Source: a virus
Taxonomy: Duplodnaviria; Heunggongvirae; Uroviricota; Caudoviricetes
DNA length: 47,028 nucleotides
Direction: 5' to 3' (one strand)
Virus record (IMG/VR): IMGVR_UViG_2778261425_000003
Shown: one piece after another, positions 21,295-32,298 of the stretch
Layout of the letters: each line of letters starts with the position of its first letter
Numbering within the stretch: the stretch's first letter is position 1
Position numbers and translations under genes: made by a program
The notes under the pieces: model-generated
Seen by the model: only the letters and a program-made list of their open reading frames with translations
The model's database searches: none
Told to the model about the DNA's origin: nothing

Positions 21295-22503
21295 TTACGC
21301 CGCTGCAATCTTCAGCAGTTTGATGGCCTGCGAATCGACCAGCATCCCGCCGGTGCGCTTGGTGGTATAAAAACCGACAAACGGTTTATTGGTGTACGGG
21401 TCACGCAGAATGCGGGTGCCGATACGGTCAACGATGGTGTAACCCCGTTTGAAGTTACCAAATGCAATGGCTTTCGCATCAGCGGCGATATCCGGCATCT
21501 GTTCGTTTTCAGCGATACCGTAACCCGCCAGAGAGGACGGCTGCCCCAGTTCCAGCCCCGGACGCCACAGATAGTTACCCTCGGTGTCTTTCAGCAGACG
21601 GATGGCAAACAGGCTGTTGTTGTTCATCATGAACTTCGCGCCAGTGCGGTGTGCCTTACGCAGCGTGTAAATCAGTTTGATAATGGCGTCTGCGGTCACC
21701 GCGGTCGCTTCGCCGGATACAATATGCTGAAGTTTGCCGAACGCCCGGACCTTGTCGGTTTCATCAGTGGATTCATACGCCAGGAACCCTTTCGGCTTCT
21801 TGGTGCCATCGCCTGAGGTAAAGGCAATTTCTTCCTGTTCGGCAAATTCGGTTGCCAGCTCGCTGTTAATCCAGGCCTCCACGTTGAAGAAGGCATCGTC
21901 CAGCATTTTCTGGGTAGCCTGCGGGTTGCCGTAGATTTCCCCCATGAGAGGTTCAATCAGCTCCAGTCTGGAGGTGGCAGTCTGGGATCGCGTATCCGTT
22001 TCCCCCACCCATCCGGAAGCCGTACCGCCCAGATTCACCAGTTTTTTGTAGTCGGAACCGCCAACGGTGATCACCGTGGCTTCCTGACGCATCACCACTT
22101 CATCTTTCAGCAGGTTAAGAATGTTGCGATCCAGTTCTTCCGGCACGGCGTAGCCACCGTCTTCATCGGTACCCACCTGCAATGCCTTACGCTCCAGATC
22201 GCGCAGACCGTCTTCACGGCCTTTACGTAGAAAGCCCACAAACGCCTCTTTATGCTCGGTGGCCAGTTTATTTTGCGCTCCACCTGCCGGACGTTTCAGC
22301 TCAAGCAGCTCTTTTTCAAGGTCGCTTTTGAGATTTTCCAGCTCGCTGAGTTTCCCGTTCAGGGTTTCCACCTGCCCGGCAAGCTTGCCTTTTTCCTGCT
22401 CAATCGCATCCACGCGCTTGTCGTTCTTTGCTTTGAAGTCGTCAAACTTCTGCTGCAGCTCCTGCGCGACCTGTTCGACATCTTTAATATCAACCGACAT
22501 CAT
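21295..22503 (-). CDS. major capsid protein, HK97 fold family
   Basis: 402 aa with long coiled-coil N-terminal delta-like region and C-terminal capsid domain; follows the prohead protease. Confidence 0.85.
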   Translation of the reverse strand: MMSVDIKDVEQVAQELQQKFDDFKAKNDKRVDAIEQEKGKLAGQVETLNGKLSELENLKSDLEKELLELKRPAGGAQNKLATEHKEAFVGFLRKGREDGLRDLERKALQVGTDEDGGYAVPEELDRNILNLLKDEVVMRQEATVITVGGSDYKKLVNLGGTASGWVGETDTRSQTATSRLELIEPLMGEIYGNPQATQKMLDDAFFNVEAWINSELATEFAEQEEIAFTSGDGTKKPKGFLAYESTDETDKVRAFGKLQHIVSGEATAVTADAIIKLIYTLRKAHRTGAKFMMNNNSLFAIRLLKDTEGNYLWRPGLELGQPSSLAGYGIAENEQMPDIAADAKAIAFGNFKRGYTIVDRIGTRILRDPYTNKPFVGFYTTKRTGGMLVDSQAIKLLKIAAA

Positions 22504-22514
22504 ATTTCTCCTGA

Positions 22515-23165
22515 TTAGAAGTTCAGATTTTTCAGTGCATTCAGTGCAGAGCCCACATCCTCAGCGTCGCGCAGGGACAGTGCGCCATAGCCCCCGGCCA
22601 TGAATGCTTTGGCCTGGGTACGGGAGAGTCCGACATCACGCAGGACTCTTTCGATTTTTTTCTGTTCGGGGATTTCCCCGCGGGCCAGCGCGTTCTTGAC
22701 GTCGCTGATCCGCGCCTCGTCGTTAGACGGAAACGTCACCAGACTGACTTCCCAGAGGTCGATTTCTTTCAACAGAAAGGCTTCTTTGCTCCGGTCGTAT
22801 TCCCAGTCTTTCAGGACGTACCCAATAGAAAGGCCGGTTAACGAACCGGCCTTCATGTGTGCATGTGCGCGTTTTGCGAGGGGATCATCATCAATGAGCA
22901 ACCGCCCCCTGACGTAAAGCCCGACATCGTCTTCCTTCATTTCGGTGTAAACACCGATGGGTTCATCCATGCGGTGCTGCCAGAGCAGCGCAGGTAACGC
23001 TTTTCTGTCACTCCACGCCCGCAGGGAAGCAGCAAATGCCCCGGACATCACCACATCATCGTGGCTGTCCTTTACACCAAAGACGGAGCCATACCCTTCA
23101 AACTCACCGGAGTCACTGACAGATTTCAGACTCAGCGGTACATCAAGACGTTGTTTCGTCTGCAT
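22515..23165 (-). CDS. prohead protease, HK97 family
   Basis: ATG 23165 has AGAAGGA RBS; upstream in-frame ATG 23201 lacks one; between portal and capsid. Confidence 0.75.
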   Translation of the reverse strand: MQTKQRLDVPLSLKSVSDSGEFEGYGSVFGVKDSHDDVVMSGAFAASLRAWSDRKALPALLWQHRMDEPIGVYTEMKEDDVGLYVRGRLLIDDDPLAKRAHAHMKAGSLTGLSIGYVLKDWEYDRSKEAFLLKEIDLWEVSLVTFPSNDEARISDVKNALARGEIPEQKKIERVLRDVGLSRTQAKAFMAGGYGALSLRDAEDVGSALNALKNLNF

Positions 23166-24384
23166 TGGCGTTATCCTTCTGCTTACCGGCTTTACTGCCA
23201 TCGGAGGGTTTCGTGGTCATGTTCATCGGTGTGAGATAGACATCCCCACCGGGACGCGGATTCATATCTTCCAGGTCGCGGCAGTCATTGGGAGAGTAAA
23301 TTCCCCAGTTAATCCCGGTGGCGTAGGCTTCAAAACGGGACTTCATATCCCCGCGCAGTAACGCCCCGGCGTTAAATTTGGCGTAATAAACGCCCTGCTT
23401 ACTTTTTCGTACCAGTCCGGTGTTGATCCGCTGCTCAATGCGGGTCAGATACGGCACCAGTGAATAGTTGATAAATCCGAGCCCCAGCTCTTCGATATTG
23501 TTGAAGGTGGCGCGATCGGTGTTCTGCACCATGTGCAATGGCACACGGAACAGACGACAAATTTCTTCAAGCTGAAACTTGCGGGTTTCCAGGAACTGGC
23601 TGTCCTCTGCGTTCAACGCCATCGACTTCCAGTCCAGCCCCATCTCAAGGATCATCGGGCGGTGAGCATTGCCAAGCCCGGTGTGACGCTCCTCAAAATC
23701 TTTCTTCAGGCGCTCATAAGCCTGATCCGACAGCGTCTGCTCTGTACGCAAAACACCCGACGTCACCGCGCCATTGCTGAACAGTCTGGCCCCGTGCTCT
23801 TCGGTCGCTGCCGCCAGCGATATTGCCTCGCGGGCATAGGCGATGGGATTCAGCCCCACCAGTCCGTCCAGCGTCAGCGTACGCACATGCCAGATATCCT
23901 CTTGGCTCAGTACATCCGTGGAGCCATCCGGGAATGTGACCTGATAGATCGGCTCCCAGCTACTGTTAAGCTTCGGTACCACACAGCCGGGATCGACGGG
24001 CAGCAGTTCAGCCACTTCGCCAAATGCTTTCACTTTGTAGGCGTAAAAGTTTCCCCGCAGGCACAGACAGGTGACCACCAACTCCCAGAACTCCTGCGGC
24101 GTCATATAGCCATTGGGATGCGTGGAGATCAGCTTATGCAGACGTTCGCCAGTGGCTCTCTGCTTCAGGCTGCCGTTCAGGTGATACAGATTGCAGGGCA
24201 ACATCCCGACCGACTCTGCCAGCACCCTGACGCAGGAAAAAACCGCCGTCAGTCGCATGGCCCGCTGGCTGCTGATCTGCTTTCCGGTATAGGTGTCGTA
24301 TGACAGCCCGATAGCATCCGCCAGCTCTGCTGGCGTGGTCACCGGTGTGTCACTTTTTCGTTGAAATAATCCCGAAAAGAACAC
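23143..24384 (-). CDS. portal protein, HK97 family
   Basis: 413 aa; follows the large terminase. Confidence 0.8.
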   Translation of the reverse strand: MFFSGLFQRKSDTPVTTPAELADAIGLSYDTYTGKQISSQRAMRLTAVFSCVRVLAESVGMLPCNLYHLNGSLKQRATGERLHKLISTHPNGYMTPQEFWELVVTCLCLRGNFYAYKVKAFGEVAELLPVDPGCVVPKLNSSWEPIYQVTFPDGSTDVLSQEDIWHVRTLTLDGLVGLNPIAYAREAISLAAATEEHGARLFSNGAVTSGVLRTEQTLSDQAYERLKKDFEERHTGLGNAHRPMILEMGLDWKSMALNAEDSQFLETRKFQLEEICRLFRVPLHMVQNTDRATFNNIEELGLGFINYSLVPYLTRIEQRINTGLVRKSKQGVYYAKFNAGALLRGDMKSRFEAYATGINWGIYSPNDCRDLEDMNPRPGGDVYLTPMNMTTKPSDGSKAGKQKDNANADETTS

Positions 24385-24566
24385 TATTTACCTCCACCAA
24401 CAGACATCTGTGTACGGTCGAGATATCGCGCCACCAGCCACGACCAGAACAGGCACAACGCCCCGGCAACAACAAACCCCGCAGGGGGATAAATCAGCCA
24501 GGCACCATACGCCAGCAAAAGCACCCCCAGCACGCCCACCAGAGGCGCGAGAATCAGCATGATCAT
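24384..24566 (-). CDS. small two-helix membrane protein between terminase and portal
   Basis: 60 aa [49 protein letters not shown]. Confidence 0.45.
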   Translation of the reverse strand: MIMLILAPLVGVLGVLLLAYGAWLIYPPAGFVVAGALCLFWSWLVARYLDRTQMSVGGGK

Positions 24567-24577
24567 AATTACCTCAG

Positions 24578-26311
24578 TTAAAGCGAGCGGATCCCGTAGG
24601 ACTCAATGTGATCAGACAGCGTGTCTTCTTTCTCGTACAGCATGGCTCTGCCAACCGCCATAATCAGCGCAACTGCACCGTCAATTTTGTTTTCCGCCTG
24701 CTCTTTGACGGGTTTCACCACATCATCGTTACCCGGCATGTTTTTGCCGACCACGTTGCCGATACACCAGGTCATGATGGGATTGCCGTCATGATGAAAA
24801 CGTCCCGATTCAATCGCTGCTTCCAGCTCTTTCATCGGATCGGACATATTGGTGAAGTTCTGGAAGATAGTGACGGGATTCAGGTCTTCATCAGCAAGGT
24901 CATGTGACAGCCCGGTCGCCCCGAAGGGGTCGATGGGTGACTCGCTGACCGGGCTGATTTTGTTCGCCGCTTTGGCCTCTTCGAGGATGTAGCGATAATC
25001 CACCTCTGCACCATCGGTAACGGTCAGGACGCCCATTTCCACCCATTTCTGAAAGCGTTCGGCTGTCCGGCGATCTTCATTTTTCTCGACGCTGTACACC
25101 GTGTCATACGGTACCCAGAAACGCGGGGCCACACTGTAGTAATGCGTTTTACCGTCAATCTCGCGGGTATAAAGTCGCGCCATGCTGTTCATATCCAGTT
25201 TACGCGCCAGGTCAAAGGCCAGAATGCACGGCTGCCCCTCGAATTGCTCAAGAGTCAGTGATTTATCCTCGCAGCTCTGCCAGCTCACCAGGTTGAAATA
25301 CGCCGAACGCGCCGACACCCAGATATTGAGGTGTTTTGTTTTAAAGACGTTTGCCAGACGGGCGTTATTTTTCGCACGCTGTTGCTGACTTAACAAAAAC
25401 TCACGGTAAACCGACACCCCGATATTCGGGTTGGCTTTTTCCAGCACCTGTGGGTTGGTCCAGTCGTCACCTTCGTCAACGGTATAGATGATCCCGAACA
25501 GTTCATCGTTGGGTACCGAACCGTTGAGCATCTCGATAACTTCCCGCCGTTTGTCGTAGCACGGCCCCTCAATGTTGTACCCGGCAGTAGTAATGGCCCA
25601 CATCAGTGGCTGACGTCGCGCCCCCATCCCGGTAAGCATCGTGGTGTAAAGCGCATCGGTGGCGTGCTCGTGATATTCATCCACCACAGCACAGTGGGGT
25701 GATGAACCATCACCGGGGTTACCGATCAGCGGTTCAAACCGCGCGCCATCCTCCGGACGGTTCATGTTTGAGGCGTTAACCTCAATCCCGAACGCTTCCG
25801 TCAGCATGGGTGTGCGTTTACACATCAGTCGCGCCGGGCGAAAGACTTCCCACGCCTGTTTCTCCGTCGTGGCACCGGAATACACTTCCGCGCCAAACTC
25901 GTTATCACAGGCAAAACAATACAGGGCGACACCGGCAGAGATTGCCGATTTGCCGTTCTTACGGGGGATTTCGGTATACACCTCCCGGAAGCGGCGCAGC
26001 CGGGTACCTTTATTGACCCAGCCAAACGCACAGCAGATCACAAAGAGCTGCCACGGCTCCAGCGTGATGGGCATCCTCTTGAATGCCCACTCCCCCTTGG
26101 TGTGTGGCAACAGCTGAATAAATTTCGCGGCCCGTTCAGCCAGGTCCTTGTCGAAGCGGTAACGAAACGACTTACTTTTTTCCGCCATCAGGTCATCAAG
26201 ATGGCGCTGGCAGGCCTGAATCACAAACTGGCAGGCCACAATCTTTCCGCGCACGACATCACGGGCATACTGATTGGCAGCATTTACGTTGGGGTAAGAT
26301 TTCCGGCTCAT
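24578..26311 (-). CDS. terminase large subunit
   Basis: 577 aa; ATPase region with DEYHEH acidic motif, C-terminal nuclease; coupled to small subunit. Confidence 0.85.
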   Translation of the reverse strand: MSRKSYPNVNAANQYARDVVRGKIVACQFVIQACQRHLDDLMAEKSKSFRYRFDKDLAERAAKFIQLLPHTKGEWAFKRMPITLEPWQLFVICCAFGWVNKGTRLRRFREVYTEIPRKNGKSAISAGVALYCFACDNEFGAEVYSGATTEKQAWEVFRPARLMCKRTPMLTEAFGIEVNASNMNRPEDGARFEPLIGNPGDGSSPHCAVVDEYHEHATDALYTTMLTGMGARRQPLMWAITTAGYNIEGPCYDKRREVIEMLNGSVPNDELFGIIYTVDEGDDWTNPQVLEKANPNIGVSVYREFLLSQQQRAKNNARLANVFKTKHLNIWVSARSAYFNLVSWQSCEDKSLTLEQFEGQPCILAFDLARKLDMNSMARLYTREIDGKTHYYSVAPRFWVPYDTVYSVEKNEDRRTAERFQKWVEMGVLTVTDGAEVDYRYILEEAKAANKISPVSESPIDPFGATGLSHDLADEDLNPVTIFQNFTNMSDPMKELEAAIESGRFHHDGNPIMTWCIGNVVGKNMPGNDDVVKPVKEQAENKIDGAVALIMAVGRAMLYEKEDTLSDHIESYGIRSL

Positions 26312-26811
26312 GATTCGATGATTTTCAGAAACGGGTTAGTGGCTTTCTTCTGCCCCGCCAGGCCAATCAGACGCTGGCGGCTGCTGGGGTCGAGTCCGAG
26401 CATTGCCCCCGTGCTGCTCATCTCGGACTCCTGTTCTTTCTTGGCGGTCAGCTCCGGATTTTTGACCATGCCACCCATTGCACCGGTGATGGTGTTGCCC
26501 TGTCTGGCAATATTTTTCACGGCACGCCGCCAGAACTCGTAGGCCACGCACCACCGCTCAAGCACCGCGAGGTCAGTCACGCACAGCAGGCCCTGACCGC
26601 AGAGTTCTTTGGTTGTCAGTTGCCACATGATCGTGGCGAGAGGGAGATCTTCTTCAGCGAACCACTCCGGTGGCTCAACACCTTTGATGGGCGTAAAAAC
26701 AGGTTCATCTTTATTCAGGGCTCGCTTGCCGGGGTTTCCGGCCAGCGCCTTGCGCGCCGTTGGCTTGGGGCGACGCCCGGAACGCCCCGCCGTTCCAGCC
26801 ATATGCGGCAC
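26308..26811 (-). CDS. terminase small subunit (P27 family)
   Basis: 167 aa, basic N-terminus; directly upstream of the large subunit. Confidence 0.7.
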   Translation of the reverse strand: MPHMAGTAGRSGRRPKPTARKALAGNPGKRALNKDEPVFTPIKGVEPPEWFAEEDLPLATIMWQLTTKELCGQGLLCVTDLAVLERWCVAYEFWRRAVKNIARQGNTITGAMGGMVKNPELTAKKEQESEMSSTGAMLGLDPSSRQRLIGLAGQKKATNPFLKIIES

Positions 26812-26927
26812 TCCTGGTTAAATTTCATTTTTCGCGGGTATAAAAAAACGATGGGGCGGGCAGTCCGGAAGACGTCAGGTCACAGGGATTTGACCCGCCC
26901 CTCCCCTCAGACAGTTGAGAATTATTA

Positions 26928-27278
26928 TCAATTTAACCGTTCACGGGCCGTCTTCGCCTTATGACACGGCCAGCACAGACTCTGCAGATTACTGTCAGCA
27001 TCAGTGCCGCCATGCGCTTTAGGGATGATGTGGTCAACAGTTTTCGCCTCACGCACCACACCAGCACGCAGACATAACTGACACAGGCCTTTGTCACGCT
27101 TCAGGACACGCGCGCGGATACTGTCCCACTTCGAACCGTAGCCGCGCTGATGACGGGATTGTCCTGGTTTGTATTGCTTCCAGCCTTCGCTTTTGTGGCT
27201 TTCGCAGTAGCCTGACGGGTCTGTGGTTGTAGAGCGGCAGCCGCGAACACGGCAGGCTTTTGGGGTTCGAGGGGGCAT
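26928..27278 (-). CDS. HNH endonuclease (packaging-associated)
   Basis: 116 aa with CxxC...HIIPKAHGGTDADSNLQSLCWPCH HNH motif; position before terminase typical of HK97-like cos phages. Confidence 0.8.
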   Translation of the reverse strand: MPPRTPKACRVRGCRSTTTDPSGYCESHKSEGWKQYKPGQSRHQRGYGSKWDSIRARVLKRDKGLCQLCLRAGVVREAKTVDHIIPKAHGGTDADSNLQSLCWPCHKAKTARERLN

Positions 27279-27385
27279 TATTAATGTCCTAAATAGTTTC
27301 CTCTCTAAAAACTAATTTGTGTTAGGGAAATCATTAAATGAAGTGAACCTTTTAGTACCCACTGTAAAATTCACTTCATTAATAT

Positions 27386-27895
27386 TTAACCAAATACAAT
27401 GAATGTTCCAAAAGATGCTAATGATATATTTATCAGAGAATCCATACGAGCCTTAATTTCTGGCGTATCCTCGACCTCAGTACGCCATTGATTGACTGCC
27501 TCAATCATATCTCGACAAAACACATCTATTTGCAACTGAAGTTTGCCATTTAAGTGATTTAAATGCACTTGGCAATTTGGCCTAGGTGGTGGTGTAAAAT
27601 TAAACTGCATCATTCTTTTCCTGTTCTCTGGATCCTGTCCAGCATGTAAACAAGAACAACGATACAGCCAAAAATCATCCGCATAAAATCGACACTGTTC
27701 ATGTGTACCGGATGTATATTTATTTTCAAGATAACGAGAAACCCAATCTTTATACCATTTCCCTGTTTCACCCTTACCTATTTTGGGACGTTCAACGCTC
27801 CTGCAAATATCAGGCATAGCAAGAGCCATAAACAATGCCGCTAACCAATTCTCACTTTCAATTGAAGATTCAATTGATTTTATAAACCTTTCCAT
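27386..27895 (-). CDS. hypothetical Cys/His-rich protein, low-GC cargo between lysis and packaging modules
   Basis: 169-aa ORF, GC visibly lower than flanks; CRFYADDFWLYRCSCLHAG and CQVHLNHL suggest possible metal binding. Confidence 0.6.
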   Translation of the reverse strand: MERFIKSIESSIESENWLAALFMALAMPDICRSVERPKIGKGETGKWYKDWVSRYLENKYTSGTHEQCRFYADDFWLYRCSCLHAGQDPENRKRMMQFNFTPPPRPNCQVHLNHLNGKLQLQIDVFCRDMIEAVNQWRTEVEDTPEIKARMDSLINISLASFGTFIVFG

Positions 27896-27961
27896 AACTC
27901 ACCTTTATATTATTTGATGATTATATTTATAGCACAGTTACAATCATTTTCAGGAAAATAT

Positions 27962-28213
27962 TTATTCATTTTGATATCCTATTTTTAGAATATCCTTTTT
28001 ATCTCTATTGCATTGCGCTAATGCAGATAACAAACTCGCATTCAGTTCCAGGCTAGCACCATATGTCAGTGGACTAGGTACAACTGGAATCGGTGTTTCA
28101 GAAGTCAGGCTGGCTGGCAGTGGTACCGCCGGAGTGTTCACGTAAACTGTCCGCGTACTTCCGCAACCGGTCAGCAGCGGCAGCAGGCACAGGACGTGAA
28201 GCACAATCATCAT
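27962..28213 (-). CDS. Rz1: o-spanin (Rz1-type outer-membrane lipoprotein), embedded in the Rz gene
   Basis: Lipobox LLTGC after a hydrophobic leader, Pro-rich; out-of-frame overlap with Rz. Confidence 0.7.
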   Translation of the reverse strand: MMIVLHVLCLLPLLTGCGSTRTVYVNTPAVPLPASLTSETPIPVVPSPLTYGASLELNASLLSALAQCNRDKKDILKIGYQNE

Positions 28214-28490
28214 CCGCAACAGCCACTTTGATATCTTCCTGGGTTCTCTGTGACTCCAGTGCAATCTGCTGTTTTGCATGCTGGTTAGCCTCTATAACTG
28301 TATTGATGATTTGCAGTGATTGCAGAACGTTACGGGTAATGGCAGTTGCTGATTCAGCATTTCGTATAGCCTCATCAACACGCTCCTTTTCGTGCAGATA
28401 TTTGCTGTAGTAATGCCCGGCAGACCAGATGAAGGAACCAATGACGGTAACAAAGAAGGCAACAATAACCAGCTTATATCTCAGCTTCAT
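28098..28490 (-). CDS. Rz: i-spanin (Rz)
   Basis: 130 aa, N-terminal TM then coiled coil; follows endolysin. Confidence 0.8.
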   Translation of the reverse strand: MKLRYKLVIVAFFVTVIGSFIWSAGHYYSKYLHEKERVDEAIRNAESATAITRNVLQSLQIINTVIEANQHAKQQIALESQRTQEDIKVAVADDDCASRPVPAAAADRLRKYADSLREHSGGTTASQPDF

Positions 28491-28950
28491 TTACCACCCC
28501 ACCAGCTTCTTTAAATCGGGAAATCAGGTCACCGATTCTATGTTCATACTGACCGTAACCAGCCCCCGGCAACGAAGCCCAGATATTGCTGCAACGGTCG
28601 ATTGCCTGACGAATATCACCGCGGTCAATCATCGGTAAAGCGCCACGCTCTTTAATCTGCTGCAATGCCACAGCGTCCTGGCTTTTCGGAGAGAAGTCTT
28701 TCAGGCCAAGCTGCTTACGATAGGCATCCCACCAACGGGAAAGAAGCTGGTAACGTCCGGCTGCTGTTGATTTGAGTTTGGGGTTTAGCGTGACAAGTTT
28801 GCGAGGGTGATCGGAGTAATCAGTGAATAGCTCTCCGCCAACAATGACGTCATAACCATGATTTCTGGTTTTCTGCCGTCCGTTATCAGTTCCCTCTGAC
28901 CACGCCAGCATATCGAGGAACGCCTTACGTTGATTATTGATTACCACCAT
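28474..28950 (-). CDS. R: endolysin, lambda R-type lytic transglycosylase
   Basis: 158 aa [39 protein letters not shown]..., close to recalled lambda R. Confidence 0.9.
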   Translation of the reverse strand: MVVINNQRKAFLDMLAWSEGTDNGRQKTRNHGYDVIVGGELFTDYSDHPRKLVTLNPKLKSTAAGRYQLLSRWWDAYRKQLGLKDFSPKSQDAVALQQIKERGALPMIDRGDIRQAIDRCSNIWASLPGAGYGQYEHRIGDLISRFKEAGGVVNEAEI

Positions 28951-29257
28951 CTTCTACTCCGGCTTTTTTAGCAGCGAAGCGTTTGATAAGCGAACCAATC
29001 GAGTCAGTACCGATGTAGCCGATGAACACGCTCGTTATATAAGCGAGATTGCTACTTAGTCCGGCGAAGTCGAGAAGGTCACGAATGAACCAGGCGATAA
29101 TGGCGCACATCGTTGCGTCGATTACTGTTTTTGTAAACGCACCGCCATTATATCTGCCGCGAAGGTACGCCATTGCAAACGCAAGGATTGCCCCGATGCC
29201 TTGTTCCTTTGCCGCGAGAATGGCGGCTAACAGGTCATGTTTTTCTGGCATCTTCAT
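28934..29257 (-). CDS. S: holin, lambda S-type with dual start (MKM)
   Basis: 107 aa [31 protein letters not shown]..., three TM segments. Confidence 0.9.
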   Translation of the reverse strand: MKMPEKHDLLAAILAAKEQGIGAILAFAMAYLRGRYNGGAFTKTVIDATMCAIIAWFIRDLLDFAGLSSNLAYITSVFIGYIGTDSIGSLIKRFAAKKAGVEDGGNQ

Positions 29258-29376
29258 GTCTTACCCCCAATAAGGGGATTTGCTCTATTTAATTAGGAAT
29301 AAGGTCGATTACTGATAGAACAAATCCAGGCTACTGTGTTTAGTAATCAGATTTGTTCGTGACCGATATGCACTGG

Positions 29377-29412
29377 CAAAACGGCATGAGGTTGTTAGCG
29401 CAACCTCCTGCC
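29377..29412 (-). terminator. tR'-like intrinsic terminator about 200 nt downstream of pR'
   Basis: Minus-strand hairpin GGCAGGAGGTTG/CAACCTCATGCC followed by GTTTT. Confidence 0.55.
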
Positions 29413-29548
29413 ACCCGATTTCACGAAGCCAGCCATTGAGCTGGTTTTCTTTTATGCAAAGCACACCGCACCGTAGCCACAGCGGATAAGGTGATTATTT
29501 TGGTCTGTCTGGTATTTGGTTTGATGTGCTTTCAGAAAGGCCGTGCTT

Positions 29549-29583
29549 AAAACGCAAAAAGCCCCGAGCTATTAACTCAGGGC
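29549..29583 (-). terminator. promoter-proximal hairpin with U-tract in the late leader
   Basis: Minus-strand GCCCUGAG/CUCGGGGC stem with 7-nt loop followed by UUUUUGCGUUUU, about 30-60 nt after the pR' start. Confidence 0.45.
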
Positions 29584-29611
29584 TTTATTTAACGAGTGCA
29601 TTTATCCATCG

Positions 29612-29650
29612 TTGAGTCAAATTTACCCAACTTTATTCAAAAAGTCAATA
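29612..29650 (-). promoter_or_regulatory. late promoter pR' (TTGACT, 17-nt spacer, TAAATT) with qut region
   Basis: Minus-strand TTGACTttttgaataaagttgggTAAATTtgactcaacgatgg directly downstream of Q. Confidence 0.7.
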
Positions 29651-29690
29651 TCATGCCGTTAATATGTTGCCATCCGTGGCAATCATGCTG

Positions 29691-30314
29691 CTAACGTGTG
29701 ACCGCATTCAAAATGTTGTCTGCGATTGACTCTTCTTTGTGGCATTGCACCACCAGAGCGTCATACAGCGGCTTAACAGTGCGTGACCAGGTGGGTTGAG
29801 TAAGATTTGGGATTAGCATCGTTACAGCGCGATATGCGGCGCTTGCTGGCATCCTTGAATAGCCGACGCCTTTGCATCTTCCGCATTCTTTCTCAACAAC
29901 TCTCCCCCACTGCTCTGTTTTTGCTATATCAACCGCACGGCCTGTACCGTGACAATCTCTGCATCTTGCGCCCGGCGTCGCGGCACTACGGCAATAATCC
30001 GCATAAGCGAATGTTGCAAGCACTTGCAGTACCTTTGCCTTAGTATTTCCTTCAAGCTTTGCCACACCACGGTATTTCCCCGATACCTTGTGTGCAAATT
30101 GCATCAGATAGTTGATAGCCTTTTGTTTGTCGTTCTGGCTGAGTTCGTGCTTACCGCAGAATGCAGCCATTCCGAATCCGGCTTGTGATTGCGCCATCCC
30201 CATAGCAGCCATCACATCAGTACCAGAAAGAGAGTCAGAAGCCGTGGCCCGTGGTGAGTCACTCATCATCGGGCTTTTTGGCGAATGAAATTTAGCCACG
30301 CTTTCGAGTCTCAT
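29691..30314 (-). CDS. Q: late antiterminator Q (lambda-type)
   Basis: 207 aa [27 protein letters not shown]..., zinc-finger cysteines CRDCHGTG...CGRCKG. Confidence 0.9.
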   Translation of the reverse strand: MRLESVAKFHSPKSPMMSDSPRATASDSLSGTDVMAAMGMAQSQAGFGMAAFCGKHELSQNDKQKAINYLMQFAHKVSGKYRGVAKLEGNTKAKVLQVLATFAYADYCRSAATPGARCRDCHGTGRAVDIAKTEQWGRVVEKECGRCKGVGYSRMPASAAYRAVTMLIPNLTQPTWSRTVKPLYDALVVQCHKEESIADNILNAVTR

Positions 30315-30976
30315 GCGCCTTCTCCCTGTACTTGAATCAATGTGAGGTTTCCGCAGAACACTGCGCCGGTATCGATATACATCTGGTTGGCAAACTTGAG
30401 TGGTTTCACTGCTGGCGTATGACCAAAGATGAACGTGTCCGCGCCTTTGATTTCTTTCACGATCCCGTCTTGTGAGTTGCTGATTCGTTCGCGGTTCCAG
30501 ATTACCTGCTGATGATCAACTGGCTTTCCAAACTCGTATTCGTCACAAGGATAATCGGCGTGGCAGATGACATATTTTTTATCTTTGCTCACCAGTTCGA
30601 TGATTAACGGAAGTTCATCTGCTTTATGGGCAAGAGCTTTAGCCAGAATTTCTTTGTCGTAATCGAGATTAAAGAACCAGCCACCGCCATTAAGCATCCA
30701 GTGATTGACGTTTCCGCGCTCTGATAAGCCATCAATCATCATTTGCTCATGGTTTCCACGTACAGCTCTGAACCAGGGGAATGTGATTAATTCCAGGCAT
30801 TCGACGTTCTCTGTACCGCGATCGACCAAATCGCCAACCGAGATAAGCAGGTCTTTTTTGGTGTCGAATCCTATCGTCTCCAGTTTTTTCATCAGGTTCG
30901 TGTAGCATCCGTGCAGATCGCCAACTACCCAAATATTTCGGTATTTGCTGCCATCAATTTTTTCGTAATAGCGCAT
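30311..30976 (-). CDS. ninI: Ser/Thr protein phosphatase NinI
   Basis: 221 aa from MRYYEKIDG; metallophosphatase motifs GDLHG, GDLVDRG, GNHE. Confidence 0.85.
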   Translation of the reverse strand: MRYYEKIDGSKYRNIWVVGDLHGCYTNLMKKLETIGFDTKKDLLISVGDLVDRGTENVECLELITFPWFRAVRGNHEQMMIDGLSERGNVNHWMLNGGGWFFNLDYDKEILAKALAHKADELPLIIELVSKDKKYVICHADYPCDEYEFGKPVDHQQVIWNRERISNSQDGIVKEIKGADTFIFGHTPAVKPLKFANQMYIDTGAVFCGNLTLIQVQGEGA

Positions 30977-31160
30977 CTCTTTCACTCCATCCGCGATGAA
31001 CCATGAGAACGTCGTTGACGATGGCGTGCATTTTCCCGTCTTTATCATCAACGTATTTTCTGACCGTACCGCGACTACATTTCAGTCTGCGTGCTACTTC
31101 TGTCTGGTTTCCGTATGCTTCAACGAGCATGTCTGGAATGGTTTTTACTGAGAACGTCAT
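30954..31160 (-). CDS. ninH: NinH
   Basis: 68 aa [37 protein letters not shown]... with HTH. Confidence 0.8.
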   Translation of the reverse strand: MTFSVKTIPDMLVEAYGNQTEVARRLKCSRGTVRKYVDDKDGKMHAIVNDVLMVHRGWSERDALLRKN

Positions 31161-31768
31161 GCGGCCTCACTTCTGCTATTTCGCAGGTCTTTGAGTTTCT
31201 GCTGATACTCCGCCTTGATGGCCCTGCACTCTTCGACAGTCCAGCGATGGCGGTTATGGTTTGATTCGATTTCGTCTACTGCTTCCTGCCCGATGCGATT
31301 AATCAGTTCGACGCGATACGGAACGAGATTTCCGCTTTTGTGCTGGTTGCACACCACGCATTGCTTGTGAATATTGCGTTCATCAAATCGGAGTTGAGGT
31401 GCCGCAGCAGTTGTCCGGTAATGTCCGGCATCCCACTGAGCAGACGTGAGCGTTCCGCACGAGATACATGGTAAGTCGCGGTCTCTTTCTCTGATGAAGG
31501 CGTTTACGGCTTGTTGGGCTTGTTTAATCCAGTAACTGCGGGGCTTTAAGGCGAGTTTTCGAATCTTAAGTTTATCTTTCTGTTTCTGCTCCTCTCGTCG
31601 TCGTTTCTTCTCTGCTGCTTTTTCCGCTTTTTCGCGTTCTTTACTTCGTCGTTCGAGTGCTATCTTGGTTCCACACTCTGGAGAGCACCACCACTGATTG
31701 GCGAATGCAGGGTGAAACCATTCCCGACATTCATCGTTTTTACATCGTCTTCGCGCTGGTTTAGCCAT
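31157..31768 (-). CDS. ninG: NinG (Rap-like recombination-associated endonuclease)
   Basis: 203 aa [20 protein letters not shown]... Confidence 0.8.
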   Translation of the reverse strand: MAKPARRRCKNDECREWFHPAFANQWWCSPECGTKIALERRSKEREKAEKAAEKKRRREEQKQKDKLKIRKLALKPRSYWIKQAQQAVNAFIRERDRDLPCISCGTLTSAQWDAGHYRTTAAAPQLRFDERNIHKQCVVCNQHKSGNLVPYRVELINRIGQEAVDEIESNHNRHRWTVEECRAIKAEYQQKLKDLRNSRSEAA

Positions 31769-31941
31769 CGTCTTCTTCCTCGTACATTGAGCTATTCGGA
31801 TCGCTCATCAGTTCTGCGCAGCAGTGCTCACACACGTGAACTTCCAGCACATGCAGCTTCTGACCGCAGTTAGCGCACGTTAATGCCCGCTCGACGCTTT
31901 CTTTCTGGTATTGAAGGGATTGGGATGGGCTAAGCATTATT
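31762..31941 (-). CDS. ninF: NinF (small Cys-rich protein)
   Basis: 59 aa [40 protein letters not shown]..., translated by hand; not in the supplied ORF track. Confidence 0.65.
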
Positions 31942-32298
31942 GGCGTCCTGAATCATGAGAAAGACAATCATGGCGGCACGGAGTGGATTGTCATATGCGA
32001 CACCAACATTCGGTCCGGCATCATCAAACAAGTCCCTTGCGTTGTCTGTAGCGCACGGCATTGAGGGATTGTCTAAAATTATGCTGATGTTGTTTTCAGT
32101 GATAATCGGCCATGCGTCTGATGGTCTTTTACAGTAATCAACCGTTTTTATTGCATAACCAGTTTCGTCATCCCACTCAACACCAACGATTGATGTTCCC
32201 AACTTTGCGATTTCGCAATCTTCGGGAGCAAATCCACAGCAAATTGCCACTCGCTTGTTAATTTCAAAATCACTTAACTGTGAATAATCCATTGTCAT
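31930..32298 (-). CDS. hypothetical nin-region protein
   Basis: ATG 32298 overlaps the NinE stop (ATGA); 122 aa [23 protein letters not shown]... Confidence 0.55.
   Translation of the reverse strand: MTMDYSQLSDFEINKRVAICCGFAPEDCEIAKLGTSIVGVEWDDETGYAIKTVDYCKRPSDAWPIITENNISIILDNPSMPCATDNARDLFDDAGPNVGVAYDNPLRAAMIVFLMIQDANNA

Noticed and set aside
22515-23201. Prohead protease starting at ATG 23201
   Set aside because: No Shine-Dalgarno sequence precedes 23201, whereas ATG 23165 has AGAAGGA at correct spacing; the shorter start was preferred, though the longer one cannot be excluded.
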